Virus record (IMG/VR): IMGVR_UViG_2681813421_000002
Span: 22,586 to 86,585 of that record
Direction: 5' to 3' (one strand)
Length of the DNA stretch: 64,000 nt
Source: a virus
Taxonomy: Duplodnaviria > Heunggongvirae > Uroviricota > Caudoviricetes
Position numbers and translations under genes: made by a program. Position 1 is the stretch's first letter, and the number at the start of each line of letters is the position of its first letter. Positions 45,201 through 53,494 of the stretch are shown here, in pieces. The notes beneath the pieces were generated by a model that saw only the letters and a program-made list of their open reading frames with translations, was not told where the DNA came from and made no database searches.

Positions 45201-48200
45201 GACCAGTCCACCAGCGCCGTCTTCTTCGGCCTCGTCTGCATCATCTGCCACTTTACCGCCTGCGACTTTTGGCAGGGCATCAGCAATAGCTTTTACCTTG
45301 TCTGCAAGCTCAACGGGGAACTGGAATGTAATCGCACTGGCATACAGATCCGGATCTATAGCAACCTTATCCATGTCGCGGATGATGGAGAAGATGAAAT
45401 CATCCGGTTTGTCGTTAGTGATATGCCCGTTTTCATCGACTGTCAGCTCATCATTGCGACTTAACTCCTGAGCACGCTTACGAAGCTCTTCATAAGCAGC
45501 CTCCTGCTCCCCTGTCATCGGGATCTGCAAGGTGTTCTCGATGATATCGGGAATTTTAACCGTCGCTCCGACATCTGCGGCAGTCTTCAGAGTGGTCCAA
45601 CGGTGGAAAATACCACGCAGACCATCAAGGTTCTGGAAGCCCACCAGCCCCTGCTTCTCTTCCACCTCACCGGAAATTTTCTGAACCTGAACTGTGGCTG
45701 TTTTGCCGAACACGCGAACGAAATCATCCGGCGTAACAATACCCATGCGCATCCACTCTTCCTGCGGAATGACAGTAGACAGCATGTTGAAGGCATCAAT
45801 CGGACTGTTCACCAGCGGAGTTGCCGTCAGCATGACTACACCACGCCCGTTGTTGCGTTTCATCATGTACGCAGCTTTTACAGCCATGTCGCGGGCCATC
45901 TTGGATACTGCCGGGTTAGGCAAATATGCCAGTTGTCCCGCTTCACGCCCGGCATTAAAGGAGTTGCGGTAATTATGCCCCTCGTCGGCAATCACGCTAT
46001 CGAAGTTCATATCCTCAAAGTACGGGATATTCTGCTTCTTCGTTGTACCGGTATTCGCGGCCTGATCCTTAATCTTGTTCTTCTTCTGCGCATCACGGTG
46101 TTTACCGGACGCCAGGTCAAGACGCCCCATTTCCACAGCATTAAAGACAGCTTGCTGTGAGTTCTCCTCGATGGTTTTTTCTCGTAGCGGGATAGACGCG
46201 AATTGTTCTTTTGTCATGATGACCGTTCGCCAATTTGACGACGGGATCATGTTCATACGCTGAACGATAACGGCGCTGGCGGACTCTTTCACAACATTTC
46301 TGGTAAGAGGCTGCCCGTTACTGTCGAGGCGTGGTTCGCCATTTTCATCAAGCACCGGCGCGGTCAGAATATTTCCGCTGTCATCACGAACTTCATCCAA
46401 ACCGATAAACATCATATTGGCGAAGGCATCAGCACTGTAGAAACTCTGTGCCTCGTGATACCAGTTCTGATAAACCGCCTTCGGAACAACAATACACGTG
46501 CGTTTAGTGCGACCTGTTTCGAAGTTATACGCCTCAAGCGCAAGCGCGGTCGTGGTTTTACCCAGCCCGGTACCAAATCCCATGATGCCGCGCCCATCTT
46601 CTGACAAGCGCCGAACTTCTTCATTCTGATAAGTAAGAGGAATGCGCTTTCCACTAAGCCCTTCCAGGCCAAGCGGTGCGTCAGAATGTGTGAACGGAAT
46701 GAAACCATTGAATGCGTCGTTATAGTCACGGGCTATCTGATCCGCCTGCGGGTGGGTGCGTAACCAGTCGTTAAAGCTAACTTCCAGTTGAGCAATTTTA
46801 TCCAGGTACTCGTTAGCGTTCTGCCCACGCGGTTTAACACCGTTCAGGTAGTTTTCTAACTGGTTCAGGAAGCCGTCTTTATTGTTGGCCTTCTTGAACT
46901 CATTCCCGTTTTTGCCGTTTACGGTTCGTAGCTGATAGCCGGTAAATACCCCGTCCTTACCTTCGTAATCGTCCGGAGATACCAGAATGCCATCGACGAC
47001 CTTCAGATCAGGTTCAGTGTACTTAAACTCGTCATAGCCCTGCTCTGCCAGGAACTCTTTTATCAAGCGGCGATCCAGCCAGCGGGCATTCAGATTAACG
47101 GTGACTTTATTTAGTGGCGTGAAAATGCGTTTCTCTTCGATTTTCGCCAACTGACGCTCAAAGTTCGCTTTCTGCTCACCTGTTGACGCATCACGCCAGC
47201 CCACCAGCAGTGCTGTTTTGGTTGCAACATCGCCGCTGGTGGCGCGGTCCATCGGCAGCAGACAGCCATACCCATCAATAGCGATATCATCAAATTTCGC
47301 CAGGTATTCAAGGGCCGCGTCGTCGTCCTCTGGCAGTTCACCAGCAAACGCCTCACGAAAGTCGCCCAGCGTTATAGGATTAAGGGCTACATCACTAAAA
47401 AGATGTGCTATCACTTGTTCAGGACGCGTAAAGTCAATACCGGCAGCGCCATCCGTTACATCAAGTCGCCCTGCCAGAAGGTCAGAAGTGGAACCATCCT
47501 GTTTCACATTGCCAGTGAACGTCATCCAGTTTTTAGCGCCAGCTTCAGCAAGCCCATTCAGCTTAATCGCGTGCGGTGGTCCATACTTCGCAACTTCTGC
47601 TGCCGCCAGGCGGGATGCATCTGCCAGTTTGTCATCAACGTTCACCCCCAGGTTACGCAAATCAAGTGCCTTGTTGATCAACTGACCTATCAGTGCACCG
47701 CGCATAACGCGCTCCCTGTCTTTTTCTCGCTGCTTGCCAGCAAAGCGAATCATTGCTGCCACTTCATCACTGACAACCGATGGATAGTCAGACGCGATCG
47801 CCGATATCTGGTCCCATGACAAAGCCAGAATGCCATTTGTTGACTGAAACGCGATCTGCAGATCGCCAAACGTCGAAACACCATATCGACTTACATCAAG
47901 CGCGGAGGATTTGGTTGTCGTGTCCTTAACCCATTTCAGACCATCAAACTCATGCCAGATACCGCCTACAAGGCGTTTATCGCCCACTTTCGCGCCCTGC
48001 CATGCCTGAGTAGTTACGCCGAGCAAATCCCAATTGATGCGACTATCAAAGCGACGAGATAGCGCGGTTTTCATCGACTCATTGGATACACGACCGTCTT
48101 TTTTCACCACCAGGGTATTGCGGAAGCTGGTACGTTCCATGTCGCCGTAAACAAATCGCTTCCCTTCGGTTGTAAACCATTTTCCTTTGAGGAAGGTATC

Positions 48201-49184
48201 CCAAAGGACGTTTGCCGATTTGAGTGTTGAATCATCCGTGTCGGGGATCATCTCCAGGAAGGTTTCCGGGTGTTTACGCAATACCCATACGTCCACCACG
48301 GTATCTGTACCGGATTCGCTGAACGTACCGGAAGGCATACGATGTGCGCCCAAAAATTCCGCTTTACGGCTGACTTTATCGCGCAATTTTTTATATTTCG
48401 TACCATCGGTCATGCCATTTGGCACCACCAATACGATAAGCCCACCAGGCTTAACCTTGTCGATCGTGCGCAGCACAAAGTAATTGCCAACGTTCTTCTC
48501 GTTTGCATATGCCGGATCAAGCCCGGCAACGCCGGAACGCCCTTCACCAAACGGTACGTTACCAACAGCGTGGTCATACATTGCATCTTTCGCCGCCAGC
48601 GCCTCAAACGCCCCGATATTCACATCGTCTTCCGGGTGCAAAAGCTGGTTTATTCGACCGGAAATCGGAGACAGTTCGGCGCTGGTCATTATCATGCCCT
48701 GTCGTTTTGTCTCCTGGAAAATACCTGTGCCCGCTGATGGTTCCAGTACGTGCCCGCCATCAATACCGTAGTCAGCAAACAGATCCCATATACCTTCAGC
48801 CATAAACTGTGGCGTGTAGTATTCGTATTGGCTGCCCTCTCCATCTGTCAGGCCGCCTTCACCGGTATACCCAGCAAGAATCTGACGTTGTTCGTCAGTT
48901 AATTTCGCCCCATCGAAGCCGGGCGGAAGGGAATTAAGAAGATTTACTGCGGCATTGTTTGCTGCCCGGCGTGTTTTCTGAATACTGACGCCATCGGCTT
49001 TCCTGACGCCAAAGGTCGCAACAGCTCGTAATTTATGCAACCGACTAACAATTTCAATCAGTTCGCCTAAGCTGGAGGCTTCACTGATTGAATGAAGTAG
49101 TTTGTCCAAAGGATTTCCCCCTCTAAACCGTAAAAATTCCGCTATGCGGTACGGTTGAGAGGGTATGGAGAATGTTATTTTCAC
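42273..49184 (-). CDS. darB: DarB-like antirestriction protein (N6-adenine methyltransferase domain plus SF2 helicase)
   Basis: 2303 aa; VLEPSAGTGIF (SAM-binding) and NVPFG near N-terminus; helicase motifs GTGLGKT, DEGHNYRN, TATP further on; size matches P1 DarB. Confidence 0.8.
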   Translation of the reverse strand: MKITFSIPSQPYRIAEFLRFRGGNPLDKLLHSISEASSLGELIEIVSRLHKLRAVATFGVRKADGVSIQKTRRAANNAAVNLLNSLPPGFDGAKLTDEQRQILAGYTGEGGLTDGEGSQYEYYTPQFMAEGIWDLFADYGIDGGHVLEPSAGTGIFQETKRQGMIMTSAELSPISGRINQLLHPEDDVNIGAFEALAAKDAMYDHAVGNVPFGEGRSGVAGLDPAYANEKNVGNYFVLRTIDKVKPGGLIVLVVPNGMTDGTKYKKLRDKVSRKAEFLGAHRMPSGTFSESGTDTVVDVWVLRKHPETFLEMIPDTDDSTLKSANVLWDTFLKGKWFTTEGKRFVYGDMERTSFRNTLVVKKDGRVSNESMKTALSRRFDSRINWDLLGVTTQAWQGAKVGDKRLVGGIWHEFDGLKWVKDTTTKSSALDVSRYGVSTFGDLQIAFQSTNGILALSWDQISAIASDYPSVVSDEVAAMIRFAGKQREKDRERVMRGALIGQLINKALDLRNLGVNVDDKLADASRLAAAEVAKYGPPHAIKLNGLAEAGAKNWMTFTGNVKQDGSTSDLLAGRLDVTDGAAGIDFTRPEQVIAHLFSDVALNPITLGDFREAFAGELPEDDDAALEYLAKFDDIAIDGYGCLLPMDRATSGDVATKTALLVGWRDASTGEQKANFERQLAKIEEKRIFTPLNKVTVNLNARWLDRRLIKEFLAEQGYDEFKYTEPDLKVVDGILVSPDDYEGKDGVFTGYQLRTVNGKNGNEFKKANNKDGFLNQLENYLNGVKPRGQNANEYLDKIAQLEVSFNDWLRTHPQADQIARDYNDAFNGFIPFTHSDAPLGLEGLSGKRIPLTYQNEEVRRLSEDGRGIMGFGTGLGKTTTALALEAYNFETGRTKRTCIVVPKAVYQNWYHEAQSFYSADAFANMMFIGLDEVRDDSGNILTAPVLDENGEPRLDSNGQPLTRNVVKESASAVIVQRMNMIPSSNWRTVIMTKEQFASIPLREKTIEENSQQAVFNAVEMGRLDLASGKHRDAQKKNKIKDQAANTGTTKKQNIPYFEDMNFDSVIADEGHNYRNSFNAGREAGQLAYLPNPAVSKMARDMAVKAAYMMKRNNGRGVVMLTATPLVNSPIDAFNMLSTVIPQEEWMRMGIVTPDDFVRVFGKTATVQVQKISGEVEEKQGLVGFQNLDGLRGIFHRWTTLKTAADVGATVKIPDIIENTLQIPMTGEQEAAYEELRKRAQELSRNDELTVDENGHITNDKPDDFIFSIIRDMDKVAIDPDLYASAITFQFPVELADKVKAIADALPKVAGGKVADDADEAEEDGAGGLVSTRTSKVVKTTFSEHPAHVEIRASIELEAEILKAIAAAGIDLQQVSHPIPPKYAALIENLREGLKNGKQIVFIDEKAQHQKLRRIIASALQMPEQEIGIINATTVSQAGGIKLKKVNKPTEPTPNKNGEYKEGAWETYYSKLAQYEDYLSAKNDAGLEGMEGIAADYNEGRTRIIICNKKAEVGINLHIGTTDIHHLTLPWTPASIDQRNGRGARVGSPQEKVNVHYYCGKGTFDDFRLDTLKRKKDWIKMVMTSDMSEIANGDADDADERAIMLAANPEERRAIMARQAQEREERLKLKAQREANNALDIYLKAANAAGKDIGMMETELKSAMEQIEYYQRNLDDLIKAGTNRNGQKYALEQLSSYRKRARVLRFAITRAKDADTIMKRSRGDVERAIKSGVLDISIDVIQNPQEYMRTDKNILLHKGSYYRAVIDDRETTAIVRVEKIDGEKAQYLCRIAWLDRASRYARAPGSIVTLPFDSVIEAVTFEEGVAESRATAARGVQCHQLSTILTRDQFYDAIRNGVMNVIAGKPGNAWGGGSAIKYWAYRTDDGQIALSSAYDGVIGQKIGRASDIAPERWIYPDGNDEALKREVAKIQASDNPLNIVDGEGFLQALYGYDYIQGMQAWGAQATMDDVAQEFENWMAGRGLSGRSLNKVTSEDILSLFRKPSGEGLESFWRTVLAYRLFQGRMKAFSNIDDIERMFNQVKIAKIKAKIEKTRSALVAWRDALFEQYKSLSDADGWAALEQLANNGVDGAKLAIVQADNPLESPAAQWIKVGAVINAFDEKHISKDDFADAVSVNRLVEMATRRARELKDGDYVNELPDTLKSATWQDYVSLKNGGATESEIAERLEQAESKREEQAAVAEARADEAANDDYIIVVNDKPIRAKARVRGRWWSVSEDVGAVYLIADQPGSSTIRNAKDAIKKIGGRFWNFEANPVADVNFDRPAWMVSTRYSVDELRKIIADAA

Positions 49185-49259
49185 GGGGACGATACTACCG
49201 TCAAAATCACATACTCCCCATAGTTTGCCTACTTATTAACCCATGACCGGGAGAAAAAT

Positions 49260-49745
49260 ATGGCAAACATTGAACCTCGCTGGCTAATTGAAGCCCGTAA
49301 GCACATTGGCCTGACTGAAATAAAAGGCGCTAAACACAACCCTGAAATCGTTCAGTTCTGGCGCGACATCAAGCGCGGCGGAATTAAAGACGATGAAACG
49401 CCGTGGTGCGCAGCATTTGTCGGTGCAATGCTGGAACGTGTAGGCATCCGCTCAACAAGATTTGAGTCGGCAAAATCCTATCTGGATTGGGGCGAGAAAT
49501 TAGATACACCGGCATACGGATGTATCGTTGTATTTACCCGCGTAGGCGGTGGGCACGTAGGCTTCGTTGTCGGACGCCGCGCCAATGGCGATCTGCTTGT
49601 CCTGGGTGGGAACCAGGGGGATGCGGTTAATATTCGCGCATTCCCAACATCAAGAGTGTCTGGCTATCGCTGGCCTGCTGGCGAACCACGCAATACCGCT
49701 TTGTTACCAGTCGGAGACGCAGCAACCTCAACTAATGAGGCATGA
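49260..49745 (+). CDS. Conserved phage protein with Cys/His pair (possible CHAP/NlpC-P60-like hydrolase; TIGR02594-like)
   Basis: 161 aa; ETPWCAAFV ... GGGHVGFVVG. Confidence 0.4.
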   Translation: MANIEPRWLIEARKHIGLTEIKGAKHNPEIVQFWRDIKRGGIKDDETPWCAAFVGAMLERVGIRSTRFESAKSYLDWGEKLDTPAYGCIVVFTRVGGGHVGFVVGRRANGDLLVLGGNQGDAVNIRAFPTSRVSGYRWPAGEPRNTALLPVGDAATSTNEA

Positions 49746-49769
49746 AAAAAGCCCCGGCCAGGCCGGGGC
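49745..49769 (-). terminator. Rho-independent terminator (minus strand)
   Basis: GCCCCGGCC-A-GGCCGGGGC followed on minus strand by a T-run. Confidence 0.5.
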
Positions 49770-49777
49770 ATCACGCT

Positions 49778-49978
49778 TCAAGTCACGATCCAATCATTAC
49801 CGACTATATCAGCCGTCGATAAATAAACTTCCCGGATCTTGAGTCCATTAATACAAAACCATCCGGTAGTAGAGTAATTATCAGGCCAGGCCCATACATC
49901 AATACTCCATGCTTTACGGCGGCACACTTCAGCCTGTCCTTCCCTGATTTTTTTTACCGCCTGCATGATGTCCATCAC
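49778..49978 (-). CDS. DUF2829-like small protein (free-standing counterpart of the ant C-terminal extension at 10294-10490)
   Basis: 66 aa; KIREGQAEVCRRKAWSIDVWAWPDN...DIVGNDWIVT aligns with C-terminus of the 313-aa antirepressor. Confidence 0.5.
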   Translation of the reverse strand: MMDIMQAVKKIREGQAEVCRRKAWSIDVWAWPDNYSTTGWFCINGLKIREVYLSTADIVGNDWIVT

Positions 49979-50682
49979 TCACCTCCCCAACCGATCACCT
50001 GGAATTGCCCCATTTTGGGGTGATACCAGCGTTTTCCTCGGTGTTCAGCCTCCGACATCATCCGGTTAAAAGCATTCATGAAGGGAGATAAGGCCACGAT
50101 GGAACGACGCGACAATACCCCCTCTGGAGTTAAAAACTCATGCGTATCGGTGGGAATCCGGTAAGCGTTGACAAGGTTGCGGCATTTGGCTTCGGTCAGG
50201 CCACATTTCGCAGCCAGCTGGCGGTAGCCAATGTAGCCATCTGGCATATTGCCTTTCTTGATTTGCTCAACGGTTTCAGCGACCTGGCTAACCTTTGACT
50301 CAACAGCATGAAGCCGCTTTTGCTGCTGAACTGCATTTGCAGCCATTGCGGCGATCATCTCTATTTCGGTCAACGGCTGGCGTACTTGTTCTTCCAGTTC
50401 GCGCCAGCGGTCCACCAGCCGGGCGGTGAATTCCGGAGAGAGCTGCGCAACGACAATAATGCTGTCTCGTTTGCCTTGCTCGCCTTCGAAGACGTAGTGT
50501 GAATTTTTAACTTTAAATCCTAAGTTATTGATATTTTCGGAAACCTCCATTGGAGGAAGTGGAATAACACCTGATTTACTCAAGCGTTCAATAGTGCGTT
50601 TAACGTTATCCGGGCGACTTCCCACCAGCTCCGCGATCTCAATGCTGGTCATTGATGGCTTTTCAAGAATGCAGATTTCCAT
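49975..50682 (-). CDS. ant: Antirepressor-like protein (Rha-type), paralog of 10294-11235
   Basis: 235 aa; shares N-terminal (MTSIEIAELVGSR...) and central (YIGYRQLAAKCGLTEAKCRNLVNA) blocks with the other copy. Confidence 0.6.
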   Translation of the reverse strand: MEICILEKPSMTSIEIAELVGSRPDNVKRTIERLSKSGVIPLPPMEVSENINNLGFKVKNSHYVFEGEQGKRDSIIVVAQLSPEFTARLVDRWRELEEQVRQPLTEIEMIAAMAANAVQQQKRLHAVESKVSQVAETVEQIKKGNMPDGYIGYRQLAAKCGLTEAKCRNLVNAYRIPTDTHEFLTPEGVLSRRSIVALSPFMNAFNRMMSEAEHRGKRWYHPKMGQFQVIGWGGE

Positions 50683-50906
50683 CAGTGTGCCTCCGCAATT
50701 CCGGGATTGGTAATATTGCGATACCAGGGATTAGTGTTTGGTTGTGGGGAAGTAGAGAAACGACCAGTAAGAACACCATACTGATCAGGGATCAGAGAAC
50801 GGGCTTCTTTTTCGGTTGCGGCAATTGCGAAGTGATCGCAGTGTTTTTGCAGGGAGTGGAAACGCCAGATAAATTCCGGGCGCGAGCAAGGATTGGCATT
50901 AACCAT
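50682..50906 (-). CDS. icd: Icd-like (Ash family) small protein, second copy
   Basis: EFIWRFHSLQKH...AATEKEAR; the track ORF extends further 5-prime into what I read as noncoding RNA sequence. Confidence 0.45.
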   Translation of the reverse strand: MVNANPCSRPEFIWRFHSLQKHCDHFAIAATEKEARSLIPDQYGVLTGRFSTSPQPNTNPWYRNITNPGIAEAH

Positions 50907-50929
50907 AGTTACGGCCTCATTCGTAGGTT

Positions 50930-51200
50930 TAACAACCTGCGCCCCGCTGCTAAACGGGTGGCAGGACGTGACGGGGTTAGCAGACTGGCACGAATGAAAC
51001 CAGCAGGCCGAAGCCTCCCCATCACGCCCCACCATAATTCGGGCGTAACGTGGTTTTACGGACACAAAAAACCGCAATATCGGATATCTGCGGTTGTCCG
51101 CATTCGTATTCAGGCTGCTAAACCCGGTCGCAGAATTTGCTACGACGACATGAATATAAGCCTGAAAACATGGAAGATCAACTAAAAATTTCAGCAATGG
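50930..51200 (-). ncRNA. Second c4-like antisense RNA region with a different target motif
   Basis: Repeated GCTGCTAAAC elements (near 50935 and 51113) and a partly complementary GGTTAGCAG element between them. Confidence 0.35.
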
Positions 51201-51248
51201 ATGACTTCAGTCGATGATGCAGATCATACATTCCGATTTAGAAACAGC

Positions 51249-51270
51249 AAATTAATTTTCTAACACAAAT
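51249..51270 (+). promoter_or_regulatory. Operator-like motif (AAATTAATTTTCTAACACAAAT)
   Basis: Upstream of the second c4/icd/ant-like module. Confidence 0.5.
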
Positions 51271-51319
51271 TATTGAGCGAGCATTTTCCGATCATTGGGA
51301 TGTTTTGTAGACGCACAGG

Positions 51320-52282
51320 TCATCCCCTAAAGCCAGCCGGGATTGACCAATCCTCACGGTCAAATTCAGACCGATAGCCACGCTGTTTCATCAGGTCAAA
51401 GGCTTCACCAATGGTTGCACACCCCTGGGAGCCAGAATAATCCATTGAGAAATCCAGGGCTCTGGATTGTTTAGGCTTATTCACTGCGGTAGCTGCACTA
51501 CGTATCCATGCAAATTTTTTTGCCAGCTTTTCAGCGGTACGATACAGAGCCTGCCGTTTTGCGTGCCCCTCGTCTGAACGACGCTTTGCAGCTCTCGCTT
51601 TTGCCGCCGCCAGGCAGTGGTTGGTATGTTCTTCCCTGATTACTGGTTTTTTATCCAGTACCCCATTATCCGCTTGAGAACTATCTGCTGGTGAAGCCTT
51701 TGGCTGAACCGCGCATGATCTTTCTCTTCTTTTGGCTATAGAGTGACTCTTATTTTCTATTGGCTGTTCATTTTGAACATGGGGGGACTTGTTCAATTTG
51801 AACAGGGGGGTCCCAGTTTCAAAAAAATAACGAACCTTTGAAATCAACTGCTTAACCAGTTTTGTGGCGTTGGCAAATTTGATGCCCTGCTTACCCCCTA
51901 TCTCCATTGCTACATGAATGAAGTGGAGAAATTGTGTCGTAAACCGATATACGTTACACACCTGGGCATTGTTATTCGCTACCTGATGTTGCTTAACAAG
52001 CATTCCGCACTTCGTCGCTTCAGCAAATGCCCGGCGCACAGTAGAAATACTGCGTCCTGTAATCTCGGACATATCAGCATATGAGCGACGGATCATGTAT
52101 TCATCGGTAGACCCTGCCAGGTTGGCGAACTCGGCAATAATGGCGCTATGTGAAGGGGAAAGAAGACCGCTATGACGAGCAAAAAAACTCAACTGATGAC
52201 CTTTGATTTTTTTGTGGTATTCAGTGTTGTTTTTATACTCAGAAGTGTTGAAAGTTACTGAAACTGAATTTAAAATACTCAC
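51320..52282 (-). CDS. RepL-like replication protein (HTH; tentative)
   Basis: 320 aa; HTH-like segment MSEITGRSISTVRRAFAEATKCGMLV; operator-controlled and adjacent to immI-like module, as for P1 repL. Confidence 0.4.
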   Translation of the reverse strand: MSILNSVSVTFNTSEYKNNTEYHKKIKGHQLSFFARHSGLLSPSHSAIIAEFANLAGSTDEYMIRRSYADMSEITGRSISTVRRAFAEATKCGMLVKQHQVANNNAQVCNVYRFTTQFLHFIHVAMEIGGKQGIKFANATKLVKQLISKVRYFFETGTPLFKLNKSPHVQNEQPIENKSHSIAKRRERSCAVQPKASPADSSQADNGVLDKKPVIREEHTNHCLAAAKARAAKRRSDEGHAKRQALYRTAEKLAKKFAWIRSAATAVNKPKQSRALDFSMDYSGSQGCATIGEAFDLMKQRGYRSEFDREDWSIPAGFRG

Positions 52283-52453
52283 CAGATAGTTCCGTGAAAA
52301 AATCTATCTACCGTATAAATCTATGGCAGTGGATTTATACACCCAAAAAGCCGCTTCTCAGCGGCTTTTGCTTTTTTGGCAGTCGCTACCGGAGCAGTGA
52401 CCGCGATCCTACTCGATCCCATCCACCAGGATCAACAGTGTATATAAATACAC

Positions 52454-52473
52454 TATGTTAGAAATTTAACTTA
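52454..52473 (-). promoter_or_regulatory. Operator-like motif (AGTTAAATTTCTAACATAG on minus strand)
   Basis: Overlaps a candidate promoter upstream of the RepL-like gene. Confidence 0.5.
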
Positions 52474-52482
52474 ACAAGGCGA

Positions 52483-53481
52483 TTACCCCCTTCTGGAAAC
52501 GAAGAGTAACGGGGTAGTGTTTTTGTTCTCCTTCGGTGATAACTCTGGTTCTTTCTTGCCTGATACCGGTAAGCCATAAGTAGCATTTGCCCCAAGAGAT
52601 TCAAGCATCGCAGCCACTATGCGGGCATCATCTTCAGACTGCATACGGCAGAGCGCCCGGCGCTGTTCTGCGCTGATAAAAACAGGCATTTCCTGGATAG
52701 CTTCACGCAAAATCCGGCGGCATTGCTTTGCATTTTCCCCCTGGCTTTCCATCATCGCTGTTTGAGCGCGCAGCTTATCTCGAAGCTGTATGTTTTCCAC
52801 TTCAAGGAGCATCAATTCTGATTCCAGGGCTTCACGATGTGCAGATTCGAGCATGGCTTGCTGATTTTTCATTGCTGAAAAGTGGTGAACCAGATCCGTA
52901 GCAGCGTTATCGGTAAAACCTTGTTCGATAAGTGCTGCATGAATAGCCGCATCGCGCTCTTCTGCTGATTCAAGCATCAGGCTTTTCTTGTCGAGGCTGA
53001 TATAGTTAGGCACAGTTACGTAATCAAAGCCGTGGAAAGACTTTACCAGGGATACCGATGAATCTGGACCAGATGTAGCCCACGACCAACCACCAGCACC
53101 AGAATTAATCATGCCCTGAACAATACGCCCGGTGTCTGTATCCAGTATTTCCTGCGTATGAGTAACAATGCCGTTGTCGTCAATCGAAATGTCGATAGTC
53201 CTGTTTGACGGCACGTTCTCCAATACAACAGGCTTCCCATCTACCATCACAACAGAGACTTCCGGCAAGTTCAGGCTTTTCGTTTTGTTATAGTGCATCG
53301 CCCGGCGACCATGACCGTAATAACCATACATCTCACCCAGCGCGATACGCTCTTTTGTTTCTGGCGAGTTGAATGTGTCTCGTACCGACTGAATGACGTA
53401 ATTTCGGTTGTTCTGCGGTGTGTGTTTGCGGATTTTCTCTACCAGGGAGAAGCGATCCGTAACAGTATTCAGTGATTGCAT
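52483..53481 (-). CDS. Head morphogenesis/prohead protease-like protein (positional call)
   Basis: 332 aa directly downstream of portal-like gene. Confidence 0.35.
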   Translation of the reverse strand: MQSLNTVTDRFSLVEKIRKHTPQNNRNYVIQSVRDTFNSPETKERIALGEMYGYYGHGRRAMHYNKTKSLNLPEVSVVMVDGKPVVLENVPSNRTIDISIDDNGIVTHTQEILDTDTGRIVQGMINSGAGGWSWATSGPDSSVSLVKSFHGFDYVTVPNYISLDKKSLMLESAEERDAAIHAALIEQGFTDNAATDLVHHFSAMKNQQAMLESAHREALESELMLLEVENIQLRDKLRAQTAMMESQGENAKQCRRILREAIQEMPVFISAEQRRALCRMQSEDDARIVAAMLESLGANATYGLPVSGKKEPELSPKENKNTTPLLFVSRRG

Positions 53482-53494
53482 TATTTCCCTCCGG

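Noticed and set aside
42353-48805. Numerous 60-220 aa ORFs on both strands inside the darB-like gene
   Set aside because: All are embedded in one continuous 2303-codon frame with recognisable methyltransferase and helicase motifs; the internal ORFs show no domain signal.
50682-51197. 171-aa ORF read as a single protein
   Set aside because: Only the C-terminal ~74 aa resemble Icd-like proteins; the upstream part coincides with the repeated elements of the c4-like RNA region and is more likely noncoding.
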